A stretch of DNA of 64,000 nt, taken from NCBI GenBank assembly GCA_000004695.1, contig CM000154.2:256001-320000 (forward strand), given 5' to 3'. Below are positions 62,035 to 64,000 of this stretch, in pieces. Each line of letters starts with the position of its first letter. Position 1 is the stretch's first letter. The notes under the pieces were generated by a model that made no database searches, was not told where the DNA came from, and was given only the letters and a program-made list of their open reading frames with translations. Position numbers and translations under genes: made by a program. This stretch comes from Dictyostelium discoideum. Taxonomy: Eukaryota.

Positions 62035-64000
62035 AATGCAGAAGTTTGTTGTTGAACTGGAGAAGAAGTTGAAGAAAAAGTTACAGGTTTACTACCACTT
62101 GAATTTAATACACTACCACTATTTGGAGGACTACCAACAGAAGTGACATTATTTGAGGCGGTTGAAGTTGTGGTGGTGGTGGTTGAAGGTGGTGGACCAG
62201 AGATTGTTTGTTTTCTATTTTGAATTGGTTTTGTAGAAACTTTACCACGACCTCTAATGGTTTCAGCTTTTCTTTTTAAGAGTTGTTCAAAGTTTGGATT
62301 ACTATGAATGTTTGATTTAATTGATTGAACCCAACTATCCATTTCGGCCATATTTGCAGCGGCGATAAAATAAGCGGCATGATTTGCTTGAACCAAAGTA
62401 CCATCGGAATTCAATTTACAAGCTTTCATTTGCTCCTGTGAGGAATGAAGCATAAAACAAAACTTTTTCTGTGGGTCGATGGTGACGACAACATTCTCCA
62501 ATGGAATGATACCACAAGGTTCATGATCTTGAGGGGTCTTATAGTAGAGTAAACAATTGGCGGTCAATATGAACCAACGCTTCTTCCAAGTCTTAATTCT
62601 ACCACCTTGCTTTGTTAACCAACCTTTCTTTTCAACATGTTGATTTGCTTGATTACCATCACGCTCCATCTTAATTTCGTTGGTAACGATTTTATCATAA
62701 AGATTCTCCATGAAATCGGGTGGTAAATCATCACCACTATTGATACCACTATTATTACGAAGGAATTCAGCTTTGGTCATTTTCTTCTTTATGTTTGGAT
62801 TATGAGCATCAGTGTTTAACATAATCACAGAGAAAGCCAATACATAGACAGCATCTTGATTTACAAATACCTTATTCTCTGGATTATGTTGATAGAATTG
62901 TGATGCAAATTTCTCCATCATACGATCGATCTTTTGAGCTTCACCAGGCAATCTAAAAGTGAGTAGATATTTACGTAATGCCACATCGAAATCCAATCCA
63001 AAAAAGTTTAATTCATCTACAAATGCATGGAGTACTTGAAGGTTGAAATCATCACCTTCACCAATATACTCACCAATGGATTGTTTTGAAAGTTCACTAT
63101 GAGTCAAAAGGAAATGTGCAACCTCTTTTGGATTCTTTTCACTAATTACACCATTGGCAACAATGAATTCAATACCTTTCTTTGGATGGCTATTAAATTG
63201 AGCGATTGCAGCTTTAATCAATAACAATTTTTGTTTCTCTGCGGCCAATTGTTCCATATCTTCTTTGGCCTGTTGTTCCAAAGCCAATTGAAGTTCATCG
63301 ACTTCATGATTGGATGATTCACGTTTATTGACGATTTGATAGATTTCATCATGATTCTCGGTACCAAAGGTTTTTGTGAAATCAACTGATGAACGTAGAC
63401 TAACTTGATCTAAATCTGCACCCGCTCTAATTAAAACACGAGCCACATCGGAATGATTCTTTTTGATGGCATAAACCAATGGAGTTTTACCTGCAAAGTT
63501 TTTAGCATCAATACGTGCCTTAAATTGAATTAACACATCCACTGTATCACGAGCACCAGCTGCACTTGCCAAATGTAATGGTGTACTTGAATGGGTGTCG
63601 ACGGCATTAACATTTGCACCCTTTTTCAAGAGGATTCTACAACAATCCGAATGACCATTGTAGGCTGCATTATGTAGGGGCGTACCACCTTGACTATCTT
63701 TAACCTCCAATTCAGCACCACTTCTGATCAATGTTGCCAAACATTTACTTCTACCATTGAATGCTGCTTTATGTAATGGTGTTGCGCCTTGACTATCAAC
63801 GATGCAAATGGGTGCTCCTTTATCGACCAATAGCTTGGCACAAGATGAATGGCCATTGAATGATGCTTTGTGTAGTGGTGTTGCCCCCTCTTCATCCTTG
63901 ATATTGATTTGTGCTTTATAACGAATGAGTAGATCTACCATATCAAGTAAACCATTGAATGCTGCCAAATGAAGTGAAGTTGATTGACGACTATCTCTGC
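62028..64000 (-). CDS. secG: Cytohesin-like Arf-GEF with N-terminal ankyrin repeats, Sec7 domain and PH domain (5' end beyond window)
   Basis: At least six ankyrin repeats (GATPLHKAAFNGH...). Sec7 signature FRLPGEAQKIDRMMEKFASQFY...NTDAHNPNIKKKMT. PH domain KKGWLTKQGGRIKTWKKRWFILTANCLLYYK. This ANK-Sec7-PH architecture matches the Dictyostelium cytohesin homologue SecG, as I recall it. Confidence 0.65.

Noticed and set aside
1-64000. Prokaryote-style features (CRISPR arrays, RBS, rho-independent terminators, operons)
   Set aside because: The sequence is eukaryotic (spliceosomal introns, pol III tRNA genes with B boxes, retrotransposons). No spacer-repeat architecture was seen; the many hairpin-capable A/T runs are compositional.

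Overview
AT-rich (about 75-80% A+T) nuclear genomic DNA with long homopolymer A/T tracts, (AAT)/(CAA) coding microsatellites, short AT-rich GTAAGT...AG introns and tRNA-targeted retroelements. This is the signature of a dictyostelid social amoeba, most likely Dictyostelium discoideum. Nothing here is prokaryotic: no CRISPR, no operons. The six-frame ORF track misses most exon junctions and uses alternative start codons, so I rebuilt gene models by reading splice sites and checking codon phase.

What the window holds, in order:
- 1-6.4 kb: a secreted Ser/Gly-rich repeat protein (partial), a multi-pass membrane protein, a small secreted protein, and an LMBD1 (lysosomal cobalamin transporter-like) orthologue.
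- 7.4-12.5 kb: a 1.66k-aa STAND NTPase with a BRCT-like / IPT-TIG / DUF4062 / NACHT / TPR / poly-Pro / polyQ / WH2-like architecture. This is the most interesting gene in the window.
- 12.9-15.4 kb: tRNA-Met(CAT) with an internally deleted TRE5-A non-LTR retrotransposon head-to-head upstream, plus a truncated pseudo-tRNA copy on the far side.
- 15.7-22.5 kb: an FNIP-repeat protein, a low-complexity acidic protein, and a Q/P-rich + cysteine-containing LRR protein whose two ORFs join through a phase-consistent intron.
- 22.5-28.2 kb: tRNA-Ile(AAT) with an ex-B box and a 5'-truncated TRE5-A fragment, an EGF-like pseudogene, scattered TRE5-A 3'-tail fragments, an internally deleted Ty3/gypsy (DGLT-A-like) element with one LTR, an assembly gap and tRNA-Gly(GCC).
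- 28.6-32.9 kb: a full-size ABCG transporter (2 exons).
- 34.6-38.2 kb: a divergent pair of secreted GH18 chitinase-like paralogues, one catalytically dead.
- 38.6-44.5 kb: a small tail-anchored protein, cytosolic glutamyl-tRNA synthetase and mitochondrial glutamate dehydrogenase.
- 44.8-55.5 kb: a tandem array of six paralogous four-exon genes for Cys-rich secreted proteins with GPI-anchor-like tails (four intact, two pseudogenes).
- 57-64 kb: a secreted N-rich protein, a mucin-like type-I membrane glycoprotein, and the 3' part of a cytohesin-like ankyrin-Sec7-PH Arf-GEF (secG-like).

Two stretches (about 23.4-23.9 kb and 33.9-34.3 kb) look like low-quality sequence.
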